Positions 19,495-28,564 of a stretch of 64,000 bases of DNA are shown in pieces. The stretch comes from an uncultured Verrucomicrobiota bacterium. GTDB lineage: Bacteria > Verrucomicrobiota > Verrucomicrobiia > Limisphaerales > UBA1100. Positions within the stretch are counted from its first letter, which is position 1. Every line of letters starts with the position of its first letter. The notes beneath the pieces were generated by a model. It did not search any database. It was not told the origin of the DNA and saw only the letters and a program-made list of their open reading frames with translations. The DNA lies in contig CACDBG010000001.1 in NCBI GenBank assembly GCA_902551155.1, positions 4,532 to 68,531 of the forward strand, given 5' to 3'. The position numbers and the translations under genes are program-made.

Positions 19495-20382
19495 ATGAAA
19501 AGTATCTTTCAGGTTTTCTGCTTTTTATTGATGGGCGTGTTTGTTGCTCAATCAGCTGACAAAAAAATTATTTTGATTGCGGGTCGGCCCAGTCATGGCC
19601 CTGGTGATCATGAATTTCGTGCTGGCTCTCTTTTGTTAGAGAAATGTTTGGATAAATTGCCGGGTATAACGGCTGAGGTTCATGATATGGGCTGGCCTAA
19701 AAGTGACGCTGTTTTCAAGGGGGCCGATGCTATTCTGGTGTATGCCGATGGCGGCGGGCGGCACCCAGCCATGCATCCTGAGCGAGTTCAGTTAATAAAT
19801 GAGCTCATTGCCAAAGGAGCGGGTGTGGGGTGCGCTCATTATGGAGTGGAAGTTCCTGCAGGGGATACGGGGAAAACCATGCAGGATTGGATTGGAGGTT
19901 ATTACGAACATAAGTTTTCCGTGAACCCTATGTGGGCGCCAGATTATCAAAAATTTCCCAATCATCCCATTGCCAATGGGGTGAAGCCCTTCAAGGTAGT
20001 GGATGAATGGTATTTTAACATGAGATTTCGCAATGATGGTGTGGGAAAAGTTACCCCCATTCTTACGGCTAAACCCGGCAAGGATGTGCGGGATGGGCCT
20101 TATGTGTATCCGCGCGGGCCGTATAAACACATCGTTGAAGGAGAAGGTCGCGCTGAAACTATGATGTGGGCTTATGAGCGACCTAATGGCAGTCGTGGAT
20201 TTGGTTTTACCGGCGGCCATAAACACATAAATTGGGGTAATGAAAACTACCGTAAGGTGGTGCTCAATGGTCTACTCTGGTTAGCCAAGGCCAAGGTGCC
20301 CAAAAACGGAGTTGTGTCCAGTGTTTCACCGGAGCAACTCGAGACAAATCTTGATCCCAAGGGGCGCAAAAAAAAGAAATAA
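19495..20382 (+). CDS. ThuA domain protein (secreted)
   Basis: Signal MKSIFQVFCFLLMGVFVAQSA, then KKIILIAGRPSHGPGDHEFRAG...YADGGGRHP...GFGFTGGHKHINW. The track ORF starts at TTG 19486; I prefer ATG 19495. Confidence 0.8.
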   Translation: MKSIFQVFCFLLMGVFVAQSADKKIILIAGRPSHGPGDHEFRAGSLLLEKCLDKLPGITAEVHDMGWPKSDAVFKGADAILVYADGGGRHPAMHPERVQLINELIAKGAGVGCAHYGVEVPAGDTGKTMQDWIGGYYEHKFSVNPMWAPDYQKFPNHPIANGVKPFKVVDEWYFNMRFRNDGVGKVTPILTAKPGKDVRDGPYVYPRGPYKHIVEGEGRAETMMWAYERPNGSRGFGFTGGHKHINWGNENYRKVVLNGLLWLAKAKVPKNGVVSSVSPEQLETNLDPKGRKKKK

Positions 20383-20398
20383 CTTAAACAGATTATCA

Positions 20399-23300
20399 AT
20401 GAAAAAATTCCTGACTCTTTCTCTCACTTTCGCGCTCGTGCTGGGCGTTCTAGCCAAACCAAAAAAGGTCGTAATGATCGCTGGCAAACAAAGTCATGGG
20501 CCTTTATCACATGAACATAAGGCGGGCATCATGCTGCTTGCCAAGTGCCTAAAGGAAGGCGCGTCCAAGCTCGTGGCACCCACTGTGGTGCTTAATGGCT
20601 GGCCTGAGGATAATGGTGTCTTTGATGGTGCCGATGCTGTCGTGATATACAGTGATGGGGGCGGGCGCCATCCCGCGCTAGGCGGCAACAATCTAGAAAT
20701 TCTCTCCAAATTGATGGATAAGGGGGTTGGCTTTCTTACTATTCATTATGCGGTAGAGCCCACCACCAATAAGGGCAACAAGGAATTTATCAAGTGGCAG
20801 GGCGGTTGTTTTGAGACACACTGGTCGGTAAACCCGCATTGGGTTGCTAATTTTAAAAAGCTGCCAAAGCATCCAATCACTCAGGGTGTTAAGCCTTTTA
20901 AGGCAAATGACGAGTGGTATTTTCATATGCGTTTCGCTCCGAATATGAAGGGTGTGACACCGATTCTTTCGGATGTGGCACCCAAGGAAACTATGAAGCG
21001 GCGTGACGGCGCCCACAGCGGTAATACGGCAGTGCGTAAGAGTGTGACTTCGGGTGAAATGCAGCATGTGGCTTGGGCCTTTGAGCGGACTAATGGCGGT
21101 CGCGGGTTTGGTTTCACCGGCGGTCACAACCACCTCAATTGGGGAGAAGATAATTTTCGCAGGACGGTTCTTAATGCAATCGTCTGGGTAGCCAAGGCTG
21201 AAGTACCCAAGGGTGGTGTGCCTAGTAAGTTGGTGGAGAAGGATTTATATGCCAATCTCGATAACAAAGGACGTAAGCCCAAGCCCAGAAGTAATCCTGG
21301 GCCCAAGCCTTCAGGTAAGGTGGCCGGCCCCAAGCCGGTTGTTGAATCGAAATTGATTACTAAGAACACCGGTCCTGCCAAGCTGGAGGCAAAGATCAAG
21401 GGCGCTAAGGAATTGCATTTGGTAGTGACTGATGGGGGCAACGGCTACAGTTGTGATTGGGCCGATTGGGCCCAACCCATGCTGATTGATGAGGCCGGGA
21501 CACAGACAAAGTTGACGTCATTAAAATGGAAAAGTGCTGCCAGCGGTTTTGGAGTCGTTCAATTGGATAAAAATTGTGGCGGCAAGCCCTTACGCATTGC
21601 AGGTAAGTCCGTGGAGTTCGGGATCGGAACCCATGCTAATTCGCTTATTAGCTATACACTTCCTAAAGGCCACAAGTTTGTGAAATTCGTCTCCACGGTA
21701 GGACTCGATAATGGCGGCACCGATCAAGGAGCTTGTGGGAATGTATCCAGCGTGCAGTTCCATGTTTTTACCCAGCAACCTAAGTTCACCAAGGTGGCTT
21801 CAGGGGGAGGGCAATTCGTTGGCGAGAGGAAGCCTGAGGAAGCTTTGGAAAACCTTGATGTGCATGAGGCGTTGCAGGCGGAGTTATTTGCTGCAGAACC
21901 AATGATGCTTAGCCCGGCAAATATCGATATTGATCACCGCGGTCGCGTGTGGGTTTGTGAAGTGATCAACTATCGCCGTCACAATGGCAAGCGACCGGAG
22001 GGGGACACTATTCTCATCCTTGAGGACACCAATGGTGACGGGAAAGCAGATTCCAAGAAGATTTTTTATCAGGGACGTGATATTGATTCAGCGCATGGCG
22101 TATGTGTGTTGGGTACGCCTGATGGTAAAAATACAAGGGTTATTGTTAGTGCTTTGGACAAAGTGCAGGTTTTTACCGACATCGATGGCGATGATAAGGC
22201 CGATAAAAAAGAAACACTTTTTTCCGGTATTAGTGGTTCGCAGCATGACCATGGAATCCATCAGTTCATGTTTGGCCCTGATGGGCGTTTATACTTCAAT
22301 TTTGGCAATACCGGGAAACAGCTCAAAGATAAGAATGGTAAGCCGGTTATCGACCTTGCAGGAAATGAGGTGAATGATCGCCGTAACCCTTATCAGCAGG
22401 GAATGGTATTTCGCTGTGAGCTTGATGGTAGTCGTCTTGAAACTCTGGGATGGAATTTTCGTAACAACTGGATGGTCGCCGTTGATAGTTTCGGCTCACT
22501 TTGGCAGAGCGATAATGATGATGATGGAAATCGGGGTGTGCGTATCAACTATGTTATGGAATACGGCAACTACGGCTATCGCAACGAAGTAACTGGAGCC
22601 GGTTGGCGAACTAAACGCACTAATATGGAGAAAACAATTCCTGAACGGCATTGGCATCTCAATGATCCGGGGGTAATGCCGAACTTACTCCACACAGGAG
22701 CGGGTTCGCCGACAGGTATTTGTATCTATGAAGGTGATCTTCTTCCCAAGGTGTTTAAAGGCCAGATGATCCATTGTGATGCCGGCCCCAGTATTGTACG
22801 TGCGTACCCGGTGAAAAGTAGTGGAGCAGGTTATACTGCCTCTATCGTTAACATTTTAGATGGTGCGAAACGTGACAAGTGGTTCCGGCCTTCCGATGTG
22901 AAGGTTGCTCCAGATGGATCTCTCATTGTTGCAGACTGGTATGATCCAGGTGTGGGAGGCCACAACATGCGTGATTTAGATCGGGGCCGCCTCTTCCGGG
23001 TTACGCCTAAGGGACACAAGGGGTATAAGCTAACAAAAAACGACTTCCATTCGACTAAAGGTTTAATTACCGCCTTGGGAAATCCAAATAACTCTGTGCG
23101 ACATGTCGCTTGGACGGAGCTTAACAAGCGTCAGAAATCTGTAGAGCCTGCACTACAAAAGATGGCTCAAGATGCTAATCCCCGCATGCGTGCGCGTGCC
23201 CTTTGGTTATTGGCTAAGATTACAGGTAATGCTCAAGGGACTGTGGATCAGGCCGCAAAGGATAAGGATGAAAATATACGTGGCATGGCTTTACGCATAG

Positions 23301-23737
23301 CGCGTCAGCACGAGCTGGATGTCATTGGGCTTATCAAGCAGCTTGCCGAGGACAAAAGTGCTTTGGTTCGCCGCGAATGCCTGATAGCCATTCGCCATAA
23401 CAAAAGCAAGGAGGCCCCTGCGTTGTGGGCGAAGCTGGCTAATGCCCACGATGGCAAGGACCGCTGGTATCTTGAGGCTCTGGGACTTGCTGCTGACAAG
23501 CAGGAGAACAAGTTTTTTGATGCTTGGGTGAGTGAAGCCAAGCTTAACACAGCTGGTGCTCGTGACATCATCTGGCGTAACCGTGGCACTCATGGAGCAA
23601 AGTTACTCGCTGATATTATTCTTGATAAGAAAACCACCGAAGCTGAAAAGCCTCGTTATATCCGGGCATTAGATTTTATACCCAAGAGTAAAGAAAAGGA
23701 TGAAGCTCTTGCCCGTATTGCGCTAGGTTCTTTGTAG
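20399..23737 (+). CDS. multidomain secreted protein: ThuA + NPCBM-like + PVC-type 'membrane-bound dehydrogenase' beta-propeller + HEAT repeats
   Basis: Signal MKKFLTLSLTFALVLGVLA at ATG 20399; the track start at 20312 overlaps the upstream gene. Domains in order: ThuA (AGKQSHGPLSHEHKAG...GFGFTGGHNHLNW), a P/K-rich linker, NPCBM-like (NGYSCDWADWAQPMLID...FGIGTHANSLISY...VGLDNG), a dehydrogenase domain (LFAAEPMMLSPANIDIDHRGRVWVCEV), and C-terminal HEAT repeats (NPRMRARALWLL, ENIRGMALRIA, SALVRRECLIAI). Confidence 0.85.
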   Translation: MKKFLTLSLTFALVLGVLAKPKKVVMIAGKQSHGPLSHEHKAGIMLLAKCLKEGASKLVAPTVVLNGWPEDNGVFDGADAVVIYSDGGGRHPALGGNNLEILSKLMDKGVGFLTIHYAVEPTTNKGNKEFIKWQGGCFETHWSVNPHWVANFKKLPKHPITQGVKPFKANDEWYFHMRFAPNMKGVTPILSDVAPKETMKRRDGAHSGNTAVRKSVTSGEMQHVAWAFERTNGGRGFGFTGGHNHLNWGEDNFRRTVLNAIVWVAKAEVPKGGVPSKLVEKDLYANLDNKGRKPKPRSNPGPKPSGKVAGPKPVVESKLITKNTGPAKLEAKIKGAKELHLVVTDGGNGYSCDWADWAQPMLIDEAGTQTKLTSLKWKSAASGFGVVQLDKNCGGKPLRIAGKSVEFGIGTHANSLISYTLPKGHKFVKFVSTVGLDNGGTDQGACGNVSSVQFHVFTQQPKFTKVASGGGQFVGERKPEEALENLDVHEALQAELFAAEPMMLSPANIDIDHRGRVWVCEVINYRRHNGKRPEGDTILILEDTNGDGKADSKKIFYQGRDIDSAHGVCVLGTPDGKNTRVIVSALDKVQVFTDIDGDDKADKKETLFSGISGSQHDHGIHQFMFGPDGRLYFNFGNTGKQLKDKNGKPVIDLAGNEVNDRRNPYQQGMVFRCELDGSRLETLGWNFRNNWMVAVDSFGSLWQSDNDDDGNRGVRINYVMEYGNYGYRNEVTGAGWRTKRTNMEKTIPERHWHLNDPGVMPNLLHTGAGSPTGICIYEGDLLPKVFKGQMIHCDAGPSIVRAYPVKSSGAGYTASIVNILDGAKRDKWFRPSDVKVAPDGSLIVADWYDPGVGGHNMRDLDRGRLFRVTPKGHKGYKLTKNDFHSTKGLITALGNPNNSVRHVAWTELNKRQKSVEPALQKMAQDANPRMRARALWLLAKITGNAQGTVDQAAKDKDENIRGMALRIARQHELDVIGLIKQLAEDKSALVRRECLIAIRHNKSKEAPALWAKLANAHDGKDRWYLEALGLAADKQENKFFDAWVSEAKLNTAGARDIIWRNRGTHGAKLLADIILDKKTTEAEKPRYIRALDFIPKSKEKDEALARIALGSL

Positions 23738-23760
23738 ATTTAGCTAAAGGATTTGTTAAT

Positions 23761-23793
23761 CGGCCACACTTCGGTGCTGGCCGATTTTTTTTT
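23761..23793 (+). terminator. Rho-independent terminator
   Basis: CGGCCACAC-TTCG-GTG(C)TGGCCG forms a hairpin of 6 bp + bulge + 3 bp with a UUCG tetraloop (23761-23783). It is followed by A and T9 (23785-23793), 24 nt after the TAG stop. Confidence 0.8.
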
Positions 23794-23812
23794 ATAGCGT
23801 TAGGATATAGCC

Positions 23813-24919
23813 GTGAAGTGGTTTATAGCGATGTTGCTTTTGGTGTTCACGACTTCTGCCGCAGATAAACTGACACCAGAAAAAGTGAATACGATGATTG
23901 AGGCATTGAGCCGCCTGGATCCTGCCGTAGTGAATGGCAATGAGCGTCTTAAAATGGTTCTTGGCCAGATATTAAATGCTACCCGTGGGGAAACGCGCTT
24001 TGTGGAATTGGTCAAAAAATTTGAGGTAAAAGGTCGTGAAACAGATTTGCTGGATGTGGTGATAAAGCATCCGTCCGATCCGGCTGGTGTAGAGGCATTG
24101 GGCATGGTGCTTGGTGGCGAAGGGCAAAAGGCGTTGACTGCGATTTTACACGGTGAAGATGCAAAGCAGGCGGTGGCAGTGTCCAAGGCTTTAGGAAGCA
24201 GTAATAACCAGAAAGTTATTGGATTACTCGTGCCTTTGGTGACTGAAACAAAGGTTCACAACAATGTCCGTCAAGAAGCTATTAAAGGGTTGGTTAATTT
24301 TGAGGCGGGAGCAAAACAGATTCTCACCTTGGCTAAGTCGGGCAAATTACCCCAGAGCGCAAAATTTACTGCCAGTATGGCGCTGAGCACGGTGCGCTGG
24401 GATGGGATTAAGCAAGAGGCAGCTAAGGTTTTGCCTTTGCCATTCGGGCAAAATGCTAAACCACTTCCACCAATATCAGAACTGGTTAATCGCAAAGGGG
24501 ATGTGACCAATGGTGCACAGGTGTTTTTTCGTGAGTCGGTGACTTGTGCTCGTTGCCACAAGGTGGGTGATCAGGGCATTGATGTTGGTCCGGCATTGAC
24601 AGAGATCGGTAGTAAGCTGCCAAAAGAGGAGTTGTATACGGCAATTCTGGATCCCAGCGCGGGGATTTCCTTTGGATATGAAGCTTGGCTGGTGACGATG
24701 AAAGATGGCAATGTGGCTTACGGTATTATCGAAAGTGAAACTCGTGAGGAGATTTCTGTAAAAGGGCCGACCGGGGTGACTACTAGGCATGCAAAGAAGA
24801 AGGTGAAAAGCCGCGTGCAACAGTCAGTTTCATTAATGCCGCCGGGTTTACATCTCACAATGAAAGAGAGTGAACTGGTGGATTTGATCGAATATCTGGC
24901 CTCTCTGAAGAAGAGGTAG
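23813..24919 (+). CDS. HEAT-repeat protein with a C-terminal PVC-type heme-binding (CxxCH) cytochrome c domain
   Basis: 368 aa with signal MKWFIAMLLLVFTTSA (GTG start). Contains CARCHKVGDQGIDVGPALTEIGSK...ILDPSAGISFGYE...SLMPPGL, which matches the Pirellula/Verrucomicrobium-type heme-binding domain pattern. Confidence 0.8.
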   Translation: MKWFIAMLLLVFTTSAADKLTPEKVNTMIEALSRLDPAVVNGNERLKMVLGQILNATRGETRFVELVKKFEVKGRETDLLDVVIKHPSDPAGVEALGMVLGGEGQKALTAILHGEDAKQAVAVSKALGSSNNQKVIGLLVPLVTETKVHNNVRQEAIKGLVNFEAGAKQILTLAKSGKLPQSAKFTASMALSTVRWDGIKQEAAKVLPLPFGQNAKPLPPISELVNRKGDVTNGAQVFFRESVTCARCHKVGDQGIDVGPALTEIGSKLPKEELYTAILDPSAGISFGYEAWLVTMKDGNVAYGIIESETREEISVKGPTGVTTRHAKKKVKSRVQQSVSLMPPGLHLTMKESELVDLIEYLASLKKR

Positions 24920-24920
24920 T

Positions 24921-25259
24921 TTAGCCCGGAGGCCAGGTCATTTGCCGACCTCCGAGGATGTGCAAATGCATATGCGGCACCGTTTCGCCGGCATCGGCGC
25001 CATTGTTAAAGACCAAACGGAACCCCTTTTCGTGCAACCCGAGCTCGCCCGCGACTTCACCCGCTTTTAACAGCAGATGGCCCAGAACCTGTTGATCTTC
25101 CGGTTGGGCTTCGGCAATGCGTGGGATAGGTTTTTTCGGAATGATAAGGATATGAGTGGGAGCCTTTGGATTTACGTCGTTAAAGGCCAAGACGAGATCG
25201 TCCTCGTAAATAATTTCTGCAGGGATTTCGCGAGCGATAATTTTCTCAAACAAAGTCAT
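24921..25259 (-). CDS. HIT family (histidine triad) nucleotide hydrolase
   Basis: 112 aa with IFEKIIAREIPA and the histidine triad HMHLHILGG. Confidence 0.9.
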   Translation of the reverse strand: MTLFEKIIAREIPAEIIYEDDLVLAFNDVNPKAPTHILIIPKKPIPRIAEAQPEDQQVLGHLLLKAGEVAGELGLHEKGFRLVFNNGADAGETVPHMHLHILGGRQMTWPPG

Positions 25260-25260
25260 A

Positions 25261-25818
25261 CTACACGATCATGAGCGTGAGTTTGGCTTCCTGCTGATGT
25301 TTGGAAACAATGTCACGCAGATAATCGACAATCTGATCATTGAGTTTTTGCGAACGGGGCCCCCAGTTTTTGGTACCGGTGAGTTTATTTACCGCTTCAC
25401 GTAGTCCTTTTACTTTGAGCATCTCCGGTTTGCCATGCAGATCGGCATGAATCTGATTTCGCAACGTGCAAAAGAAAACGACCTCCAAGCCTTCGCCGGC
25501 TTGATGAGCTAAATGATTAAGATCAGTTTCAGCAGAATTAAAATCTGATTCTTTTTCATCAGCGGCCATAACCTTATAGCCGAACCCGCGAAGAATCTGC
25601 TCCAAGGCTATGGTAAATTCAGATACCTTAATAGAGGTCCGGTCGAGGTCTATTTTAAAATGGTAGAGCACCGCTTCAGTTGCCTCAGTAATCAAACTGG
25701 GTTCAATTTCATTAAGGGCATCGCCCAATAACTCGATGGTTACGTCGTGAGCCGAACAGGGGATGGATTCGCCTTCTGAAGTTTCAAAAACCAGGCAATC
25801 GGTATGTAGCTGAATCAT
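25261..25818 (-). CDS. hypothetical acidic protein
   Basis: 185-aa ORF packed tightly between nrdR (35-nt overlap) and the HIT gene (1-nt gap). I recognise no motif. Confidence 0.55.
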   Translation of the reverse strand: MIQLHTDCLVFETSEGESIPCSAHDVTIELLGDALNEIEPSLITEATEAVLYHFKIDLDRTSIKVSEFTIALEQILRGFGYKVMAADEKESDFNSAETDLNHLAHQAGEGLEVVFFCTLRNQIHADLHGKPEMLKVKGLREAVNKLTGTKNWGPRSQKLNDQIVDYLRDIVSKHQQEAKLTLMIV

Positions 25819-26269
25819 GCTTTGTTTCCAGTTTCTTTACTGCTTGGACAAAATCGTCCGCCTCCTCAAAACGACGATAAACGCTGGCGTATCGTACATA
25901 GGCCACCTGATCGATCTCCCGAAGACCATTCATGACGGCTTCACCAATCATAATACCCGGGATTTCCTCAGTGTATTCCTCTGAAATGGTATCATAAATA
26001 TGCTGCGTTAAATCTTCAATGACCTGTTGGCTGATAGGGCGTTTTTGGCAGGCTTTGGAGATACCGGAAAAAAGCTTTTCCCGTGAAAATTCCTCCCTGC
26101 GGCCGTCCCGTTTTACCACCATCAACCGCTGGTGTTCTATCTGCTCATAGGTAGTGAAGCGGTGCTGGCATTCGTCGCATTCACGACGGCGGCGAATAAT
26201 AGCGCCCTCTTTTGAAGAGCGAGAATCAATCACCTTGTCCTCGACACAACCGCACTTCGGACAACGCAT
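25784..26269 (-). CDS. nrdR: transcriptional repressor NrdR
   Basis: MRCPKCGCVEDKVIDSRSSKEGAIIRRRRECDECQHRFTTYE is the zinc ribbon, followed by an ATP-cone. I prefer the start at ATG 26269; the track ORF extends to 26305. Confidence 0.9.
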   Translation of the reverse strand: MRCPKCGCVEDKVIDSRSSKEGAIIRRRRECDECQHRFTTYEQIEHQRLMVVKRDGRREEFSREKLFSGISKACQKRPISQQVIEDLTQHIYDTISEEYTEEIPGIMIGEAVMNGLREIDQVAYVRYASVYRRFEEADDFVQAVKKLETKHDSATYRLPGF

Positions 26270-26532
26270 TTTGTTGTTCCAAACCTCCCTGGCAGAAAGC
26301 CACACAACTGTGGCCGACCATTATGTATCACAGTGTTTGTTGCAGGGTCAAGGTTGCGCAGGGTATGTCTTGTTAACACGAAGGGTAAGTTGCCTGAATA
26401 ACAATGAAGCGGATTAAAGTTTGTAAGCGCGGGTGGCCTGTAGTTTATGGCTCTAGTTTATTTAAGCCATAGCTTGGTAAGCATGAATACTGACGAGGTT
26501 TTTGAGGTCGATGTTTTTCCTGATCAGATTTT

Positions 26533-27231
26533 TTAACTATCAGTCAGGATTGCCTTTTTTAATAACCGAACTTCTCGTGAATTAACGCCAGGCCTACCCT
26601 TGTTCGCTGCGGAGTGGAATTCTTTGATTTCGGCAATATTAGCCAGTGATTCTACGTTAGAAGAACGAATTCCTCCACATGCCAGAAGAAGTGGTTTTTG
26701 CCCCGCGTTTTTCGCTAAATTCATAATTTTTTCTGGGTTGTCAGAGGCCTTAGGGAGTCCTCCTGAAGTTAGCAGTCGACTAACGCCCAGATCGCGAAGT
26801 TTTGTGATGCCCTCAGAAAAATTCTGTAATTTATCGAATGCTTTGTGGAAAGTTAATGGTAGTGGGTTTGCGGCTTCCACGAAGCGTTGAGTAGCTAACT
26901 CATTGATTTGATTTTTACTTGTAAGCGCTCCAATTACTATGCCCTCTGAGCCCAGATATTTCATTTGGTGGATTTGTTCAATCATTAGTGAAATTTCACT
27001 CTCTGTGAATTCGAAATCTCCCGGGCGACACCTAATCAAGGTGAATATTGGCAATGTGCAGACTGCTTTTACTTCCTGAAATAACTTAATTGAAGGAGTA
27101 AGGCCCCCAATATCTAAACGTTCACATAGCTCAATTCTGTCGGCTTTTCCATCTTGAGCTGCAATAGCGCAATTAAGTGAAGTGCAGCAAATCTCAAGAA
27201 GCCGTATATTTTTTTTAGTCGTCTTTTTCAA
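26533..27231 (-). CDS. cutC: copper homeostasis protein CutC family
   Basis: 232 aa. LEICCTSLNCAIAAQDGKADRIELCERLDIGGLTPS is collinear with the CutC N-terminal signature. Confidence 0.85.
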   Translation of the reverse strand: MKKTTKKNIRLLEICCTSLNCAIAAQDGKADRIELCERLDIGGLTPSIKLFQEVKAVCTLPIFTLIRCRPGDFEFTESEISLMIEQIHQMKYLGSEGIVIGALTSKNQINELATQRFVEAANPLPLTFHKAFDKLQNFSEGITKLRDLGVSRLLTSGGLPKASDNPEKIMNLAKNAGQKPLLLACGGIRSSNVESLANIAEIKEFHSAANKGRPGVNSREVRLLKKAILTDS

Positions 27232-28390
27232 TGAATAGTTCTATCCGCTCATCGACTTTGCCACTTGGGTAAAATTTACGAATTAGCACTTTATTTTCCC
27301 CCGTTGCTATTCTTATTTGATGTTCGGTGGTGTTGTTTAGTTTAATGGAAAAAATATCATTGGTATCATTGTTTGAGTCACGGGTTTTACCGGCAGCAAT
27401 TTTTCGACCTTCATGGAACACTTCTACATTTGCTGCTACCCGCTTACCTCCTGGACGCGTTAAAATGTCGATGAAAACTCTGTTTATTTTTTTTCCAGAA
27501 TAACGTTCGGTTACATTGATTGCATTCACGTAACGTATTGAAAAATCCCAGACCAAGGGAAAATGGGTCGTCGCTTTTTCCCATGAAGAAGCATAAATTG
27601 CATGCTTCGGATTATCTTTGATTGCTTTTGCAGCGTTCCCGGCAAACCACGCTTTTCCAAGTCCGGCTGGGTTATATTCACAAGCCCCTGTAAATTGCCA
27701 ACTCTTCCCATCCCATACTTCAACCCAACTATGGTTTCCACGATTATTGGACCACATTGGGGTGCCAGCAAACCGGGCAGGAATGCCAACAGAACGACAT
27801 GCGTTTATCAGGAGAATGGATAAGCCACTACAGGAGGCATATTTCGCCTTAATCGATTCATAAGGGCTTTGATCCGGTTTTGGGCGTTTTATAGCGTGGT
27901 AGGAAACTCCAACCATTGACCACATTTCTTTATTGAGAATTTGAGCTGCTTCCCCGGGGGTTTTGCATTCTTTAACTAACGGTGAAAAGCGTTTGAAGAA
28001 ATCTTTGCGCCATTGATCCCTCCGTTCATTAATGCTGGCATAAGGAATTACATCATTTAAAAAAAGTTCTTCCTTGATTTCTTTTGACCATGGAAATGTT
28101 GTGCGGGCAAGATAAGCGTAACGAATATTCTCTGCTAGGTAGTTGCTGCTAAGGGAGGTGAGATCTCGTTCTGGCATGTGGGAAATTAAAAACGCCAGGC
28201 CTGATACTTCCTCATCTTTTATTTTCCCGAAGGTAAGACGTAATTCTTTTGCGTTATCACCTGCTTTTGAAAAAGCCTCGGTGAGGCCTGAGGTATAAAT
28301 TTCAGGAATTTTTTTGCCTGATAATTCAAGCCCATTAGCAGTAAAACTAATTAGTAAGAAAGTAAGGAAAATGGAAAAGGATTTGTACAT
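27215..28390 (-). CDS. transglutaminase-like cysteine protease superfamily protein (secreted)
   Basis: 391 aa with a signal peptide. The Cys/His core is YASCSGLSILLINACRSVGIPARF ... GNHSWVEVWDG. Confidence 0.8.
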   Translation of the reverse strand: MYKSFSIFLTFLLISFTANGLELSGKKIPEIYTSGLTEAFSKAGDNAKELRLTFGKIKDEEVSGLAFLISHMPERDLTSLSSNYLAENIRYAYLARTTFPWSKEIKEELFLNDVIPYASINERRDQWRKDFFKRFSPLVKECKTPGEAAQILNKEMWSMVGVSYHAIKRPKPDQSPYESIKAKYASCSGLSILLINACRSVGIPARFAGTPMWSNNRGNHSWVEVWDGKSWQFTGACEYNPAGLGKAWFAGNAAKAIKDNPKHAIYASSWEKATTHFPLVWDFSIRYVNAINVTERYSGKKINRVFIDILTRPGGKRVAANVEVFHEGRKIAAGKTRDSNNDTNDIFSIKLNNTTEHQIRIATGENKVLIRKFYPSGKVDERIELFIEKDD

Positions 28391-28564
28391 GATGCAATAG
28401 CCCGACTAAGAGATTGATAATATCGGGGCCTTTTGGCAAGTCCACACCATTATTAACTCAAACGAAACGTGCGAATGCGTGTCACTTTTATTAACGAGGT
28501 TCTGACGAGGTTTATTGCGTTGGTTGAAGGGATGATTGTGATGATTAAACAAACCCCGGTTCGA

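Noticed and set aside
20312-20398. N-terminal extension of the 1141-aa track ORF
   Set aside because: The extension overlaps the upstream ThuA gene in another frame. The ATG at 20399 gives a clean signal peptide (MKKFLTLSLTFALVLGVLA).
26446-26473. TATGGCT...AGCCATA hairpin between cutC and nrdR as a terminator
   Set aside because: It has a 12-nt loop and no U-tract on the relevant (minus) strand.
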